Of a stretch of DNA of 64,000 nt, positions 1-9,270 are shown piece by piece (position 1 is the stretch's first letter; each line of letters begins with the position of its first letter). Under the pieces are notes generated by a model. The model did no database searches. It was not told the DNA's origin and was given only the letters and a program-made list of their open reading frames with translations. Location: positions 1 through 64,000 of the IMG/VR virus record IMGVR_UViG_3300044680_000280. One strand, 5' to 3'. A program made the position numbers and the translations under genes.

Positions 1-159
1 ACGACCGCATTCCGAAAACTCAAGTCGTCTCTCGATGGAGTCCTGAAGGAAAGCATTAATCACGAAGTTCGGGACGAAGCTTTCCGCTCCTCCGTGAGCA
101 TGTCCTCGAAAGGTGACGATATGCTCGTCACCTGCGAGATCATTTTCCCTGACACTTGA
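1..159 (+). CDS. partial hypothetical protein (5' truncated by window edge)
   Basis: Frame +1 is open from base 1 (TTAFRKLKSSLDGV...IIFPDT) to TGA at 157-159; not in the ORF track. Confidence 0.4.
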   Translation, partial: TTAFRKLKSSLDGVLKESINHEVRDEAFRSSVSMSSKGDDMLVTCEIIFPDT

Positions 160-304
160 TCCGGTTCAGACGCCGAGCGACAGCACGAGCCAACGTTTCC
201 TTGTTCCTGTAGGCAGGCTTCGATAAGTCCACGCCAACGAATTTGGCGAGGCGCTCGATATTGGTGCGTATCGCCATAGAAATGTCGTCGGCATCAATGA
301 CCAT
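140..304 (-). CDS. small hypothetical protein, 54 aa
   Basis: Manual translation MVIDADDISMAIRTNIERLAKFVGVDLSKPAYRNKETLARAVARRLNRIKCQGK; purine-rich AAAGGGGC just before the ATG; below the ORF-track cutoff. Confidence 0.4.
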   Translation of the reverse strand: MVIDADDISMAIRTNIERLAKFVGVDLSKPAYRNKETLARAVARRLNRIKCQGK

Positions 305-373
305 GCCCCTTTACTACGTCACGAACTAGAAACAATCAAGACACACTTCAACGCTTTGTCGTGACTCTCTGCG

Positions 374-1171
374 TCATTGATTGAAACGCTTGGACTCCTC
401 GGTCTTGGCCGGAGATGTGTAGTATTCGAGAAGTGTGTACACGGTGGCTACCTTGTCTCCCTTACCGTGTAGGACTGCGGCCGCATCCCAGGGTCGCATT
501 CCTCGGGCGCATTCGTCGATGGCCACCAGAGCGCCGCGAAGGTCGAACATCTGGGCACCCTCGAAGTTCCCCTGGGCGATGAGCTCCGCGACCTTCTTGG
601 GCAGGGACAGGTCTCCCGTCCTCGTGCCGATGAGGAGGTCCGGTTCGATCTTGTCGATTTCCGTCTCAGAAAGATGAGCGTCCTTGGCCTCCGGCATGTC
701 GATGCGAACGGTCTTGATGACCCAACCGCCCTCCGCTCGAATGGCGTCGCCCTCGTTGGGAAACCGCGTATCGGGAACGAGGACGTGTTCGAAATCGGCA
801 GTGTCTTTGAAGAGTCGTCGGACCCAATAGTCGGACTGGGCCTTGCGAACGTACTCGGTGCCGATGAACTGCATGAGCTCTCTGGGAGAGTGGGCGATCA
901 TTCCCGCGGGCTTGAGGTCGAGACCGGTTGCCTCTCGCATTCCGTCGAGGTAGTCGTCCATAACGATCACGCGCCCGTCGGTGAAGGGGGCTTCCTTGAC
1001 GGCGGGATCGTACATCTCGTCGTGAGTGAGTCCGAACACGTCGGCGGCAATCTTCTTCAGGGCACCCGCGAAGTGGGCGATCTGAAAGTTCGGGTTCGCC
1101 TCCCGCACGAATCGAGCGAAAGTATCTTTTCCGTGGTATTTTTTACCTGAAATTCCATATAGTTCTCGCAT
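374..1171 (-). CDS. deoxynucleoside monophosphate kinase
   Basis: N-terminal P-loop GISGKKYHGKDT, FAGALK, SPRELMQFIGTE and VPDTRFPNE motifs typical of phage dNMP kinases. Confidence 0.85.
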   Translation of the reverse strand: MRELYGISGKKYHGKDTFARFVREANPNFQIAHFAGALKKIAADVFGLTHDEMYDPAVKEAPFTDGRVIVMDDYLDGMREATGLDLKPAGMIAHSPRELMQFIGTEYVRKAQSDYWVRRLFKDTADFEHVLVPDTRFPNEGDAIRAEGGWVIKTVRIDMPEAKDAHLSETEIDKIEPDLLIGTRTGDLSLPKKVAELIAQGNFEGAQMFDLRGALVAIDECARGMRPWDAAAVLHGKGDKVATVYTLLEYYTSPAKTEESKRFNQ

Positions 1172-1182
1172 GTTACGCTCCT

Positions 1183-1410
1183 TTAGGCACCTTTCCTAAG
1201 TGTTTTGATCTCAGACCTAAGCTCTTTGACTTCGGCTTCCAACTCGCGGACCCGACGTTCTGCTGCATCAGCTCGAGCCTCAGCATCGTTTGCTCGCCCC
1301 TGCAAAGTGAGCGTACTCTGACTATACGAACTTCTTGCGCGAACTAGCTCTTCTTCTCGCCTCATGAGCTCTTGTTCTAATTCACGTACTCGTGTGGACT
1401 CCGCACTCAT
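1183..1410 (-). CDS. coiled-coil hypothetical protein
   Basis: 75-aa heptad-rich ORF preceded by the CGGTGTA element. Confidence 0.65.
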   Translation of the reverse strand: MSAESTRVRELEQELMRREEELVRARSSYSQSTLTLQGRANDAEARADAAERRVRELEAEVKELRSEIKTLRKGA

Positions 1411-1420
1411 GGCGGCGCCC

Positions 1421-1427
1421 TACACCG
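1421..1427 (-). promoter_or_regulatory. CGGTGTA upstream element
   Basis: 10 nt before ATG 1410, in a divergent intergenic region. Confidence 0.65.
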
Positions 1428-1465
1428 ATTAAATTTTATCCGATTGGAAAACACTACTTGAGATC

Positions 1466-1723
1466 ATGCGATTTTTACCGATCCTCAAGTTTTTGATCGC
1501 TGCCGTGACGTCCGTTTGCATCGGAGCTGGATACCGTGCATATCAGCTCCGAGATGGCAGTTCCCTGGATGAGGACATCGTGATGTACCTCGTCTGGACG
1601 GGAGGCATCTCGTTCGCCGTCCTCGTCCTCGTCTATCTAGCGTCGTACCGCTCCGAACAGCGCTACCGAATCATGGTGGACAGCCTCTACTCATCTCGTC
1701 CGCCGCCCCTAAAACTCAAGTGA
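1466..1723 (+). CDS. small membrane protein (2 TM)
   Basis: Two hydrophobic stretches (FLIAAVTSVCIGAGY; IVMYLVWTGGISFAVLVLVYLA). Confidence 0.6.
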   Translation: MRFLPILKFLIAAVTSVCIGAGYRAYQLRDGSSLDEDIVMYLVWTGGISFAVLVLVYLASYRSEQRYRIMVDSLYSSRPPPLKLK

Positions 1724-2351
1724 GCTTATTGAGAGATCGAGTGATGTTCGCCTGAGCCATCGATTCGTAGTTTGCCCGAAATACGTCCGTCTCGTAGATG
1801 TAGGGCCTCTTCAGAAAGTCGATGAGTACCTTGGCACGACCTGCTCGGAACACGTTCTCTGGGACGAACGAATACTCGTATCGAACTCCCTTTTCATATT
1901 CATCAAAAATGGCTTCATTCTCCCCCAAGATCGAAAGATCGACGTCAACCAGGAAGAGATATCGTTCGTGCATTCCCCCAAGCTCCGCGGAATGCCTCGT
2001 GTACGGGATCATATCCATTACATCAGCGATAAACCGCTCTTTGAGGTCCATTCGCCGACCCCAACGTTGAAATTCAAGGGCGCTCTTCACCTCGTTGTCC
2101 GTTCGACCGGGAACGTAGACGAGGTCATGCCAGAAGATTGCCATATCGACCCAGGGCTTTACCTCTGAGGGCACGTGCTTGTCCGAAACCTCGAGACACG
2201 CTTTGATGTGCGAGAGAGAATGGTACATACGTGACGACGCGTCATACGACGGCACAAGCTCTTCCAAAAAGGCCTTTTCCGAAGGTAGCGTCTTCGCCCC
2301 CAAAGACTTTGTGAGGGTCATCCACCGCTTTTCAAGCTCCTCAACCAGCAT
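1716..2351 (-). CDS. HD-superfamily metal-dependent phosphohydrolase
   Basis: YHSLSHI...AIFWHDLVY...DNEVKSA...FLVDVDLSILG...VRYEY motifs; start trimmed to ATG 2351. Confidence 0.8.
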   Translation of the reverse strand: MLVEELEKRWMTLTKSLGAKTLPSEKAFLEELVPSYDASSRMYHSLSHIKACLEVSDKHVPSEVKPWVDMAIFWHDLVYVPGRTDNEVKSALEFQRWGRRMDLKERFIADVMDMIPYTRHSAELGGMHERYLFLVDVDLSILGENEAIFDEYEKGVRYEYSFVPENVFRAGRAKVLIDFLKRPYIYETDVFRANYESMAQANITRSLNKLT

Positions 2352-2703
2352 CGTCGTTCTCCTCGGCAAAAACCTGAGACGCCAGCTTGTCCATATGCTC
2401 GTCAACGAGCTTCTTCATGTGAGCTTCGATGGTCTCAAGAGCAGAACGAAGGGGTGCGACGAACTCGGAACTCATGTGAATCTTCTCGAATCCGGACAAT
2501 GAATTGACGTAAACCTGAGCCGCAAAGCAAAGTTCCCGAAGCTTTTCGACCTCGCCAAACTGCCCCACGGATTTGCCGAATTTGTCGACGTCCTCGGGCG
2601 TCGGGTCGACGGTGACCCTCAAGTTCACCGTCACCAGTGCCGGGGTCACGTCGAGAACGATCTTCGGCTCCTCGGGTACCCTGAAACGTGGCTCGCTGGG
2701 CAT
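2341..2703 (-). CDS. hypothetical protein
   Basis: ORF with ATG 2703 lying 10 nt after the CGGTGTA element. Confidence 0.6.
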   Translation of the reverse strand: MPSEPRFRVPEEPKIVLDVTPALVTVNLRVTVDPTPEDVDKFGKSVGQFGEVEKLRELCFAAQVYVNSLSGFEKIHMSSEFVAPLRSALETIEAHMKKLVDEHMDKLASQVFAEENDDAG

Positions 2704-2712
2704 ACCCAAAGG

Positions 2713-3981
2713 TTACACCGAGCGGCGGAGAACGGCCCGAACGGCTTCCCTGGCGGTACGATCGGACGCGACTTTGACGTCAGGCATGATGAGATTCAGC
2801 CAGTGTTTGACGATGGGCTGCACTGTAGCTGGACCGTACCCGACCAGCAAACCCATCACCTCGCAGAATGATTCTTCAACGTTCTTTCCACCGTAACCCG
2901 TGATGGGATGCTTGACGGTAACGAACTTGACCCCATCAGCAAGAAGCTTCTCGAAGTCTTCCCTCGTATTGAATTCAACTCCGCCCGATCGCGCTTGCCC
3001 GTGAGCTATGACGTCAACTTGAAGGGCTAAGAGTGGGTCCACGTCCACGAGTTTTTCTACGAGTTCATGAGCCCAAGCGCCTTCTGGCCAGACCTTCAAA
3101 AGCTTGTCAACGTCAAGAGGTTCGGCATCGTCGCTAATTGCTTTTGACCAGAACGTGCGGTCCGCCTCGCTCAGGTACACCTTGTAGATGTGGTGCCCCA
3201 TTTCATGGGCAATAACGTGAGCCACGATATTTGGATTCTTGTGATCAAAGAACCCGCCCATAGCGATTTCAATATGATCCCCCTCATACCTACCGCCCTC
3301 GCCCATGGTAACATATGCATTCAGTCGAATGGGCAGCATATGCTGTAGAAGCCAGGGAAATACCTGTTTTGCACGGCGTCGAAAAACCCTAAGTCCTTCC
3401 TTGAAACGTTCCAAGAAGCCGTCTTCGTCATTCTCATACCCGACGACTGAAACATGAAAGCCCTCCATCTCGACTTTCTCAGTGTCCCGGGTTTTCACCG
3501 TGTAGTTAGGGGTGCCCGTGACTCGTTCTCGGTATTCCACGAACTCCTTCATCTCTTTCCAAAAGAGCCGTGCCTTCTCCTTTACCTTGGCTGCCCACTT
3601 GTCCTTCTCCATTTCGAAGCTGGCAAACAACGACTCCTGAGACTGAGGATTGTACTTGCTATCCGGGTACCCAAGAGGGAGATTGAGTTCAATTGAAAAA
3701 TCCCACCCGGTCTTCCGAAGCTTGTCACCGTACCACTTACGGTCCGATTCAGAGACCTTGTCATCATACTTGAAGTCGTGATTGAGAAAGGTCTCGAAAA
3801 CGATATGGTCGAAGTTCTTACGAAAGGCTTTGACACCGTCCCGAACCTTGTCCGCATCCTTGTAGCTTTTGATGCGAGGAATGTTCTTCATGAGTGTGAG
3901 AAAGTCCTTACGCAGGTTCTCAATCCACTCGAGGTCCAACGTGATGTCCTTCGCCACTCGGCGATCATAGCTGTACGTCAT
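2713..3981 (-). CDS. zincin (HExxH) metallopeptidase, anthrax-lethal-factor-like, with YDRR leader
   Basis: VIAHEMGHHIY plus downstream GYGGKNVEESFCE; N-terminus MTYSYDRRVAK; C-terminus KVASDRTAREAVRAVLRRSV. Confidence 0.7.
   Translation of the reverse strand: MTYSYDRRVAKDITLDLEWIENLRKDFLTLMKNIPRIKSYKDADKVRDGVKAFRKNFDHIVFETFLNHDFKYDDKVSESDRKWYGDKLRKTGWDFSIELNLPLGYPDSKYNPQSQESLFASFEMEKDKWAAKVKEKARLFWKEMKEFVEYRERVTGTPNYTVKTRDTEKVEMEGFHVSVVGYENDEDGFLERFKEGLRVFRRRAKQVFPWLLQHMLPIRLNAYVTMGEGGRYEGDHIEIAMGGFFDHKNPNIVAHVIAHEMGHHIYKVYLSEADRTFWSKAISDDAEPLDVDKLLKVWPEGAWAHELVEKLVDVDPLLALQVDVIAHGQARSGGVEFNTREDFEKLLADGVKFVTVKHPITGYGGKNVEESFCEVMGLLVGYGPATVQPIVKHWLNLIMPDVKVASDRTAREAVRAVLRRSV
2714..2720 (-). 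promoter_or_regulatory. CGGTGTA upstream element
   Basis: 10 nt before ATG 2703; overlaps the upstream TAA. Confidence 0.6.
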
Positions 3982-4310
3982 ACCGCCTCGTCAAGGAGTA
4001 GGTCGTCCGAACCACGCTCGTCGGACTCGTCAACAAGAAAACCGCCGTGCATCCCCTCATGAACTTCTCGGTGGCAGCGGCAGCATAAAAGCACGCACTT
4101 TTCGAGCTCGGGGCGGATACGTTCCCAGGAAGTCATTCGGTCCGAAATCGTGAAGTCTTTCTCGAGCGGATTCACATGGTGAAAGTCAAACGCGGCGGGC
4201 GTCCCATCATAGGTACATATCCTACACCGACCGCCAAGGTGGGCTACCGCCATCGCCCGTAAATCAGTCCGGCGTTTGTGCGCCGCTCGCCTCTTCTCCC
4301 AAGCTCCCAC
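3978..4310 (-). CDS. HNH endonuclease family protein
   Basis: GGRCRICTY...FDFHHVNP...ELEKCVLLCCRCHREVH; probable GTG start at 4310 (the ORF track extends to 4394). Confidence 0.8.
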   Translation of the reverse strand: MGAWEKRRAAHKRRTDLRAMAVAHLGGRCRICTYDGTPAAFDFHHVNPLEKDFTISDRMTSWERIRPELEKCVLLCCRCHREVHEGMHGGFLVDESDERGSDDLLLDEAV

Positions 4311-4317
4311 GAGGAGG

Positions 4318-4324
4318 CGGTGTA
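4318..4324 (+). promoter_or_regulatory. CGGTGTA upstream element (plus strand)
   Basis: 11 nt before the rnhB ATG; orientation flips with the gene. Confidence 0.65.
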
Positions 4325-4335
4325 ACAAGAGGACT

Positions 4336-5046
4336 ATGGCGGATCTTGACCCACGGAAGGTCGCGGAATATAAGGCTCGAGCCGAAGAGCTCATCCGTGA
4401 ACGGTCCCCGGATTACCTGATCGGCGTGGATGAGGTCGGCTACGGACCAATCGCAGGGCCGGTCGTAATCGGCGCCGTGGGCGTGCCCGTCGATTGGACG
4501 CCACCCACGGGCCTTACTGACTCCAAAAACCTCTCCAGAAGGCAAATAATAACCTTGGCGGGGGCGTTCTACGACGAGGTCCTCTCACGGGGGATTGGGA
4601 TCAAGTACGCCCTTTTCTGGGGCGACTCCGAAGAGATCGACAGAGACGGACTCGGAAAGGTCCGTAAGGGACTTCTTCAGTCCGGGGTGGAGTACATCCG
4701 GAGCACGTATCTCGAAACGGAGCCTTTCACCACTCTAGCTATCGTCGACGGCAATCTCAACATTCCGAATGCGGTCAGCATCCCGAAAGCCGATCTTGTG
4801 TGCCCCGTGGTGTCCATGGCCGCCGTCCTTGCCAAGTGCGCCCGTGACACATGGATGATCAACGTCGCGGCCAAAAAGTACCCGGGGTACGGTTTTGAGG
4901 AATCTGTCGGATACGACACACTCGAGCACCGCAAGGCGATCAAGGCTCTAGGTCCGTGTCCGATCCATCGGATGAGCACCCGGACCTTGAAAGAACGAGA
5001 CGTCTGGTCTCAACTCCCCAATCTAGGGAGAGGGGGAAAGTCATGA
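4336..5046 (+). CDS. rnhB: ribonuclease HII
   Basis: IGVDEVGYGPIAGPVV, DSK, VDGN, KAD...SMAAVLAKCARD, GY.T.EH...GPCPIHRMS. Confidence 0.93.
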   Translation: MADLDPRKVAEYKARAEELIRERSPDYLIGVDEVGYGPIAGPVVIGAVGVPVDWTPPTGLTDSKNLSRRQIITLAGAFYDEVLSRGIGIKYALFWGDSEEIDRDGLGKVRKGLLQSGVEYIRSTYLETEPFTTLAIVDGNLNIPNAVSIPKADLVCPVVSMAAVLAKCARDTWMINVAAKKYPGYGFEESVGYDTLEHRKAIKALGPCPIHRMSTRTLKERDVWSQLPNLGRGGKS

Positions 5047-5900
5047 AATCCTTGATCAAGTGGGTCGGTGGGAAGACACAGCTCCTGCCCGAGCTGCTCC
5101 GTGTTTTTCCCAAATCCATTGAGAACTACTACGAACCGTTCCTCGGGGGAGGTGCTGTCTTCTTCGCTCTGGCTTCCTCCAAAGAACACCCGTTCGTAAT
5201 GGCACACCTGAACGATCTCAATGAAGAACTGGTCAACACGTACACTCAAGTCGCACATGACCACGAACGATTGTGCCTCCTGCTCACCCAGTGGAAAGAG
5301 ATGTACCTGAAGGATCCAAAGACCTTCTACTACGACGTTCGAAAGGACGACCCCAAGACGATGCTCCCGCTCGACCGGGCGGCTCGGTTCATCTTCCTCA
5401 ACAAGACGGGTTTCAACGGGCTCTACCGCGTAAACAAGTCGGGCGGGTTCAATGTCCCGTGGGGCAAACACGAGAACCCGACCTTGTTTGATCAGGACAA
5501 CATCGAGGCATGCTCCCGCGTTCTACGAAAGGCCAAAATCACCTCGGGGGACTATACAAGGATTTTGGACCGGGCGGGCATCGGAGATCTCGTCTACTTC
5601 GATCCTCCGTACGTGCCCCTCAACCCAACCTCAAACTTCACATCGTACACCTCGGACGGGTTCACTATCGAGAATCAGAAGCAGCTCGCCAGCACCTTCA
5701 GGGAGCTCTCAGACCGAGGCGTTCACGTCGTGCTGTCCAACTCGGATACCGAAGTCATCCGAGATTTGTACAAGGAGTTCGCCATTTTGACGATTTTCGC
5801 CCGTCGAGCGGTCAACAGCAAGGGGAGCGGCCGAGGACCCGTGAACGAAGTTCTGGTCTTGTCGAAAACGGCATCCGAAACTTTTGAGGGGACGATCTAA
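5043..5900 (+). CDS. dam: DNA adenine methyltransferase (Dam/D12 class)
   Basis: KWVGGKTQL, YYEPFLGGGAV, NKTGFNGLYRVN, VYFDPPY; ATGA overlap with rnhB. Confidence 0.93.
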   Translation: MKSLIKWVGGKTQLLPELLRVFPKSIENYYEPFLGGGAVFFALASSKEHPFVMAHLNDLNEELVNTYTQVAHDHERLCLLLTQWKEMYLKDPKTFYYDVRKDDPKTMLPLDRAARFIFLNKTGFNGLYRVNKSGGFNVPWGKHENPTLFDQDNIEACSRVLRKAKITSGDYTRILDRAGIGDLVYFDPPYVPLNPTSNFTSYTSDGFTIENQKQLASTFRELSDRGVHVVLSNSDTEVIRDLYKEFAILTIFARRAVNSKGSGRGPVNEVLVLSKTASETFEGTI

Positions 5901-5901
5901 G

Positions 5902-6138
5902 ATGGGTAACGAAGAGAAGGGCACTTTTGGTGCCTCATGCGATGGCTCGGTTCTGTTAGCCGAGCCTCAGTACGACGTGGACGGCACCATCCTCGACAAC
6001 GGCATCCAACTAATAGGAAACGCGACTAGGCAGTCGAACGGACTCTATACGTCTCTTGCCAATGTGAACGGCTCTTTATGTACCGTTGAGTTCAAACTGA
6101 CAACAGCGATTAGACCTTCGGTGGTTTCGGAAACTTGA
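5902..6138 (+). CDS. hypothetical protein
   Basis: ATG 1 nt after the dam stop codon. Confidence 0.5.
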   Translation: MGNEEKGTFGASCDGSVLLAEPQYDVDGTILDNGIQLIGNATRQSNGLYTSLANVNGSLCTVEFKLTTAIRPSVVSET

Positions 6139-6478
6139 GCAGAGCATTCCGGGTGAGTAGGTCATAGAGAACGGGCTCAAGGAAACTGACCACCATCTCC
6201 TCTCGGAACCATCGAGTCTCGAGCAAGTTGCCTCCCAGTACCGAATACTTTATGTCCCCGGAGTGTGGGGAGAAGCACACGTGCAGTAGCTCGTGCAGAA
6301 GTTTCATCTTCATAAAGTTGTCGTCTGGGCCCCAGGTGACCTCAATGCAATTGTTGTCCGAGTCGTAGAGAGCGTCGGCCACATTGCCGTCATCATCCTT
6401 GAGGACCCACTTGACGACGTAAACCCGGAGTTCGCCGCGTTGGGTCTGTAGCTTCACCCATATACGACGACCCCTCAT
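6110..6478 (-). CDS. small HExxH zincin-like protein
   Basis: LLHELLHVCF followed by EEMVV; start trimmed to ATG 6478. Confidence 0.6.
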   Translation of the reverse strand: MRGRRIWVKLQTQRGELRVYVVKWVLKDDDGNVADALYDSDNNCIEVTWGPDDNFMKMKLLHELLHVCFSPHSGDIKYSVLGGNLLETRWFREEMVVSFLEPVLYDLLTRNALLKFPKPPKV

Positions 6479-6486
6479 GACGGCCC

Positions 6487-6669
6487 CTAGGACGTTCGCT
6501 TGTTGTGTAGGGCCAGGATAATGACGGAGAGCAGAGAAATGCTCGCGGCGGTAAAAGTCACTATTGATAGCGTGTGCTCGGATGCGTGTGCCGCCACAGC
6601 TACGCCGATCGCAACCACGTTCCCTAGGTTTAGTCCCCCACAAAGCCCGGCTACCTCTCGTCGGTCCAT
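6487..6669 (-). CDS. small membrane protein
   Basis: 60 aa with two hydrophobic segments. Confidence 0.5.
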   Translation of the reverse strand: MDRREVAGLCGGLNLGNVVAIGVAVAAHASEHTLSIVTFTAASISLLSVIILALHNKRTS

Positions 6670-6692
6670 GTCCCTAAGCTTAGCACCAAAGG

Positions 6693-8117
6693 TTATCGGT
6701 CGGTAAGATCTTCCAATGGCTGAGGTGGAACACCGTGTAGCTGATTGGGAGCCTCCTCGTCGACCCAGAGAGAGGTCAACATCGATTTCCCGCGTTTTTT
6801 ATCCATGTAGTACATGGCTTGTTGGGGAACTTCGAAAGCTGCTCTGATACGTTGGCTGTAAGGCCCGTACCCAATGAGCGACCCATTGACTACGGCTCTA
6901 CCATAGTCAAGTAGGGAGTGATGGTGCCCTATGTTGTGGACGTCGGCCCTTTTGACAAGGTCCCACATTGGTAGGGACTTGAGCAACGGAATGCCGAGTC
7001 CACCGACCCCACCCATGTACTTCACATCGTCACCGTGGTGGAAGTGAAGAGTCCAATCGTAGACCTGAACGTACTGGTGTGGGGAGTTGGTGATTTCGAA
7101 GTGAATCCGTTTCTCATTGCGGAACTCATCCGCCAGGGAGTGGTACATGAGCCACTCAAAACTATTTGCAAATCCAGAGGAGATTCGAGGCTTTGCAGTC
7201 GTCCTTCCGTGATTACCGTAAGAACACGGAACCTCGATATGGGCAAAGTCGAGGCGATTCAGAAGGGTCCAAATCCCATCACGAATTCTAGGGAGTAGCC
7301 ATCGAATCGTTTCCGTGGGCGAGAGGGCATTCGTTTCAACCAGTTCCTCGTGAATGTAGCCGGTCATTAAATCGCCACCAAGCCAGAGCACCAGATCGTT
7401 GATGGTGAGTCGCTTGCTCGCACGATGGTGCTCGATGTTCCAAATGATTCCATCAAACAAGCGGCGAATTCTATGATCGGCGATATCGAGGTTATACTCG
7501 TTACGATAGGCAACGCTCTCCGGTTCAACCGGCTCTTCAACGTGCCAATCGGAACATAGGGCTACGGCTGTCATTTCTCTCACACCCGAGTTCTTCTCTC
7601 GAGGCATGATACGGGGCGGCGCCTTGAAGCTATGTACAACGTCGATGAACGACTGTCGAGCGCGGGCCTCACGTAGCTGGTCGACGAGCTGTCGGATCTG
7701 CCTCTTGTCCCGAGAGATTTCTTCTTGCTGTTCCCTTCGCTCCACCGGGTCGAAGTCGGGCTCGTCATCATCGCCCTCGTAGGCCTTCTTTTCTTCTTTA
7801 TCATCGAGGAGCTCTTCCTCGGAAGGGCTGAGTTCCTTGCAGTAGGAGGAGGGGGCGTTCAGCTTGTTTCGCTGAAACGCGGCTCTCAGTGCCCCTTGGG
7901 TGACCGGGTGGTCAACGTTGTCCTGGATCTCCTTCAGGGCTTCCCTGAATTGGTAGATGGGGTACTTCGACAAGATGAGTTTGGCAACACGAAGATCACT
8001 CTCACTCCATACTAAGGACATTGGCGCTCCGTCTTGGGGTTTGGTCACGTGCGCGTGAGCGCGCACGTACGTAGATGAAACTGTCGTATTGATTAGAGGT
8101 TCATCGACGAATTTCAC
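6693..8117 (-). CDS. calcineurin-like metallophosphoesterase with N-terminal helical/coiled-coil region
   Basis: SDWH, GGDLMTG, GNHG, HHGD and GHHH metal-binding motifs. Confidence 0.8.
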   Translation of the reverse strand: MKFVDEPLINTTVSSTYVRAHAHVTKPQDGAPMSLVWSESDLRVAKLILSKYPIYQFREALKEIQDNVDHPVTQGALRAAFQRNKLNAPSSYCKELSPSEEELLDDKEEKKAYEGDDDEPDFDPVERREQQEEISRDKRQIRQLVDQLREARARQSFIDVVHSFKAPPRIMPREKNSGVREMTAVALCSDWHVEEPVEPESVAYRNEYNLDIADHRIRRLFDGIIWNIEHHRASKRLTINDLVLWLGGDLMTGYIHEELVETNALSPTETIRWLLPRIRDGIWTLLNRLDFAHIEVPCSYGNHGRTTAKPRISSGFANSFEWLMYHSLADEFRNEKRIHFEITNSPHQYVQVYDWTLHFHHGDDVKYMGGVGGLGIPLLKSLPMWDLVKRADVHNIGHHHSLLDYGRAVVNGSLIGYGPYSQRIRAAFEVPQQAMYYMDKKRGKSMLTSLWVDEEAPNQLHGVPPQPLEDLTDR

Positions 8118-8123
8118 ACTCCC

Positions 8124-8162
8124 AAATGAAAAAGGGCTCGTCGGATGTTCCGACGAGCCCTT
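8124..8162 (-). terminator. intrinsic terminator downstream of the glycosyltransferase
   Basis: Perfect 14-bp inverted repeat aagggctcgtcgga-tgt-tccgacgagccctt (8132-8162), running into a T tract on the minus strand. Confidence 0.75.
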
Positions 8163-8168
8163 ACACCG
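8162..8168 (-). promoter_or_regulatory. CGGTGTA upstream element
   Basis: 44 nt before GTG 8117. Confidence 0.55.
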
Positions 8169-8190
8169 ACCCGAAATCGTAATCGTCAGA

Positions 8191-9270
8191 TTACGTGGGG
8201 TTACTGTCCAGATATTTCAGCCATTTGCAGAGACCCTCGGAAACGTACTTTTCGAGGGCGCAGAGACCCTCGGCGGCGCTGCCGGTGTCCCAGAGGAGAG
8301 CCGAGCCGACTCGAGCGATGTCATCGGCATCGTCCGGATCTGCCTGCCATGATTCGGGAACCCATTCGATGGCGGGACCTACGACGGCCGGAACTCCTTC
8401 GGAAACCGCGTCGGCCGTCACTATGTTAAAAGTTTCTGTGAATGAGGCTTGAACGACGAGGTCCATATGGGAGACGGTCAGTCGGAACTGGCTCCACTCT
8501 TCCCATGGAACCTGAACAATCTTCGCCCAGCGAAGATTGTTGAACATGTTGTTTAGCGCAAGCATGATGCTCTTGCTCTGAGGGTTCTCCGTGCGACCCG
8601 AATTCACGTAAAATTCGAGGTCGGAACCGCGTCGATTCGCCATCATGAGAGCGGCAGCGGCCGAGGTCGTGTGATTCTTCAACAGACGATGGGCGCCGAA
8701 GCAGCCGATGCGAAGGCTCCGATGATCATGGCTGACACCGGGCTTGCGGTTCTCGCGATCGACGTTGTAGAGATTCGGCAAGAGCAAGCATCGGCTCTTG
8801 TACGTACGATCGATGAACTGCTTGAGACGCAGCGTATTTGCCGAGACGGTGAGATTGAGTTGGACTTCTTGCAGGAGGAGCATATCCCGGAGAATCTTGA
8901 TGGCGCCCGGCTCGACTTGGAGGAAGCCGATCTGACTGTGGCAACGGACGACGAAGTGGACGCTGGGGAACTCCGTGAGAAGCGTGGACATGTCCGGAGC
9001 TTTGATCCAGAAGGCCTCGACGATCGCGTGAGTTGGCATGTACTTCTGGAGTGCCTTGCGAACGGAGTCGATGTTCCAGACGGGCGCGATATCGCATCGG
9101 ACCCCCGCCTTGCGGAGGACCTTGGCCGTGTGAAGGGCGTTGACACCGAGACCGCGATGGCACTTGCCGCCTTCGCTGTTGTAATCCTCGTAGTCTCCAC
9201 CGTAGGACTTGAAGTCGCGGTAGAAGATGACGACGTGAGCCGTTTCCTTGGTGGGGGTGAGGTAGTGCAT
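8191..9270 (-). CDS. GT-B glycosyltransferase (GT4-like)
   Basis: DLVVQASFTETFNIVTADAVSEGVPAVV matches the GT4 ExF...E/DA...G.P.V signature; GCFGAHRLLKN nucleotide-sugar loop. Confidence 0.8.
   Translation of the reverse strand: MHYLTPTKETAHVVIFYRDFKSYGGDYEDYNSEGGKCHRGLGVNALHTAKVLRKAGVRCDIAPVWNIDSVRKALQKYMPTHAIVEAFWIKAPDMSTLLTEFPSVHFVVRCHSQIGFLQVEPGAIKILRDMLLLQEVQLNLTVSANTLRLKQFIDRTYKSRCLLLPNLYNVDRENRKPGVSHDHRSLRIGCFGAHRLLKNHTTSAAAALMMANRRGSDLEFYVNSGRTENPQSKSIMLALNNMFNNLRWAKIVQVPWEEWSQFRLTVSHMDLVVQASFTETFNIVTADAVSEGVPAVVGPAIEWVPESWQADPDDADDIARVGSALLWDTGSAAEGLCALEKYVSEGLCKWLKYLDSNPT

Noticed and set aside
6693-8117. DLRVAKL in the metallophosphoesterase as another copy of the tag
   Set aside because: It lacks the second Arg and the aromatic residue and lies within a helical domain; treated as coincidence.
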